DNA of 64,000 nucleotides from Coxiellales bacterium (GTDB lineage Bacteria; Pseudomonadota; Gammaproteobacteria; CBDETP01): NCBI GenBank assembly GCA_965242995.1, contig CBDETP010000003.1, positions 83,304 to 147,303 of the forward strand, read 5' to 3'. Shown piece by piece: positions 62,868 to 64,000 of this stretch (position 1 is its first letter; each line of letters starts with the position of its first letter). The notes under the pieces were generated by a model. It saw only the letters and a program-made list of their open reading frames with translations, ran no database searches and was not told where the DNA came from. The position numbers and the translations under genes were made by a program.

Positions 62868-64000
62868 ATGGATAAATTAATTAAACTGCCGAAACAAAAA
62901 ATAGATAAATTTATATTTTTATCTTTTTATTTCGTATTTGTGATTGTTTATTTTATATTTTTGTGGTCTGCGCAATCATTAAGCTGGTTTTTATTGTTTT
63001 ATTTAGATTCTTTAATAGTAGTATTATATTTATTTTTACGTCCAGTAAATATATTTCATCCAAATACAATGATGTTTATATTTAGTTTTTTTTATGTTGT
63101 TTTGCCAACTGTTTTACAATTTCTATTTATGGACTTTGGAGTGAATTCAGGGCTCCTGCCAGATCAGCTGTGGATTAATTTTAATCCTTTAGTTTGTCAA
63201 GATATACTGTTGTCATATCTCATTTTATATTTGTCATTTTATGTGTTTAGCCTAAGTGTAAAATATATCTGTATACCAAGGTTGTCTTTGAACAAAACGA
63301 CCTTACTGCCCTACACTTTGTTCGTTTTACTGGCATTAAGTGTTTTTTTAGTCAAGTCAGGTGGTATTATGGCTTGGTTTATTAACTACAAGATACATTA
63401 TTTGGTTGATCGTTTAGGGCTTGGAGCTTATAACTATATATGGTTATATAATTCTTATATTGTTATTTTTTTATCAGGTTTGTTTTATTTTAATAGAAAA
63501 AGGAAACACACTAATCTAGTTTTTTTATTATTATTGATAGTTGTGTTTTCCTGGTTTTCAGGTTTGAAATCGCAATTACCTATATATTTGATTTTATTTT
63601 TTTATTGTCGTCTAAACCCACTATTGTTAAGTTATCGGAGAATTATTCTCTATGGGACGATATTTATGGTATTTCTTTTTGGCGCCAATTATATTAGATC
63701 TGATGGTTATTATGATAGCATATTTAAAAACGTTGCGTATTTACCGCATTATTTTAATGCCTATTATTTATATAATTTAATTTTGAATTCGTCTCACCCT
63801 GATTTATTTAAATATATTGCTTTACCTTTCAATAAATATTTGGCCTATTTAAATTCTAGTTATGCCACTAAACCGTTCGATTTATCCGCTTTATTGTCTG
63901 CTAAGTATTTTAGCCAAGATTGGTATGTTTTTCATGCGACACAGCAGTGGCCCCTAATTACTGATTTAAGGTTTAATTGGTATGGTATGAGATTTGGTTG
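62868..64000 (+). CDS. very AT-rich polytopic membrane protein, O-antigen polymerase (Wzy)-like; 3' end beyond window
   Basis: The frame is open from ATG 62868 to the window end (377+ codons). It has at least 9 predicted TM helices and sits in the LPS cluster. It is absent from the ORF table because no stop falls in the window. Confidence 0.5.
   Translation, partial: MDKLIKLPKQKIDKFIFLSFYFVFVIVYFIFLWSAQSLSWFLLFYLDSLIVVLYLFLRPVNIFHPNTMMFIFSFFYVVLPTVLQFLFMDFGVNSGLLPDQLWINFNPLVCQDILLSYLILYLSFYVFSLSVKYICIPRLSLNKTTLLPYTLFVLLALSVFLVKSGGIMAWFINYKIHYLVDRLGLGAYNYIWLYNSYIVIFLSGLFYFNRKRKHTNLVFLLLLIVVFSWFSGLKSQLPIYLILFFYCRLNPLLLSYRRIILYGTIFMVFLFGANYIRSDGYYDSIFKNVAYLPHYFNAYYLYNLILNSSHPDLFKYIALPFNKYLAYLNSSYATKPFDLSALLSAKYFSQDWYVFHATQQWPLITDLRFNWYGMRFG

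Overview
This 64-kb window looks like a chromosomal segment from a Legionella-like (Legionellales) gammaproteobacterium. The placement is an inference from PmrA-type promoter boxes, effector-like genes, a legionaminic-acid LPS cluster and an LssY_C-domain protein, not a database hit. Most of the window is syntenic housekeeping genes, including kdsA-eno-ftsB-surE-nlpD-rpoS, pfkA, ubiG, dacA, ndk-rlmN-rodZ-hisS-yfgM-bamB, lipAB, gatCAB, mreBCD-yhdP-tldD, hupB-tRNAVal-tRNAAsp-ppiD, fabI, tsaB, maeA and purB. Two regions stand out.
(1) A ~4-kb islet at 9.8-13.6 kb holds two eukaryote-like genes. One is a DUF4116-type 25-aa tandem-repeat protein. The other carries a U-box-like N-terminus, a ~500-bp trinucleotide-repeat-encoded Ala/Val/Leu-rich core and an IQ motif. 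Each gene is preceded by a perfect tandem PmrA box (cTTAATATT-N2-cTTAATATT) with the same spacing to a -10 hexamer. Each ends in a Glu-rich EPEPE tail like a Dot/Icm E-block signal, and the two share 3'-UTR and terminator sequence. These are candidate translocated effectors built on a common regulatory cassette.
(2) At the 3' end a DegT aminotransferase-rfaH operon is followed by a 9/10-mer microsatellite, a C13 tract and a perfect ops element (GGCGGTAGCGTG). Behind that lies a complete, AT-rich legionaminic-acid O-antigen cluster (legB/C-like, neuC/B/A, ptmE/F/A-like) plus an amidotransferase with HisH/HisF paralogues for acetimidoylation and a Wzy-like gene. This is a candidate phase-variable, RfaH-antiterminated LPS locus.
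Other notable items are a DedA-PAP2-LssY_C three-domain fusion, an in-frame D-amino-acid aminotransferase-YbeD fusion beside dacA, a chagasin-family inhibitor, and homopolymer-associated frame anomalies at the 5' ends of hupB and mreC. No CRISPR array, cas genes, transposases or integrases were recognised.
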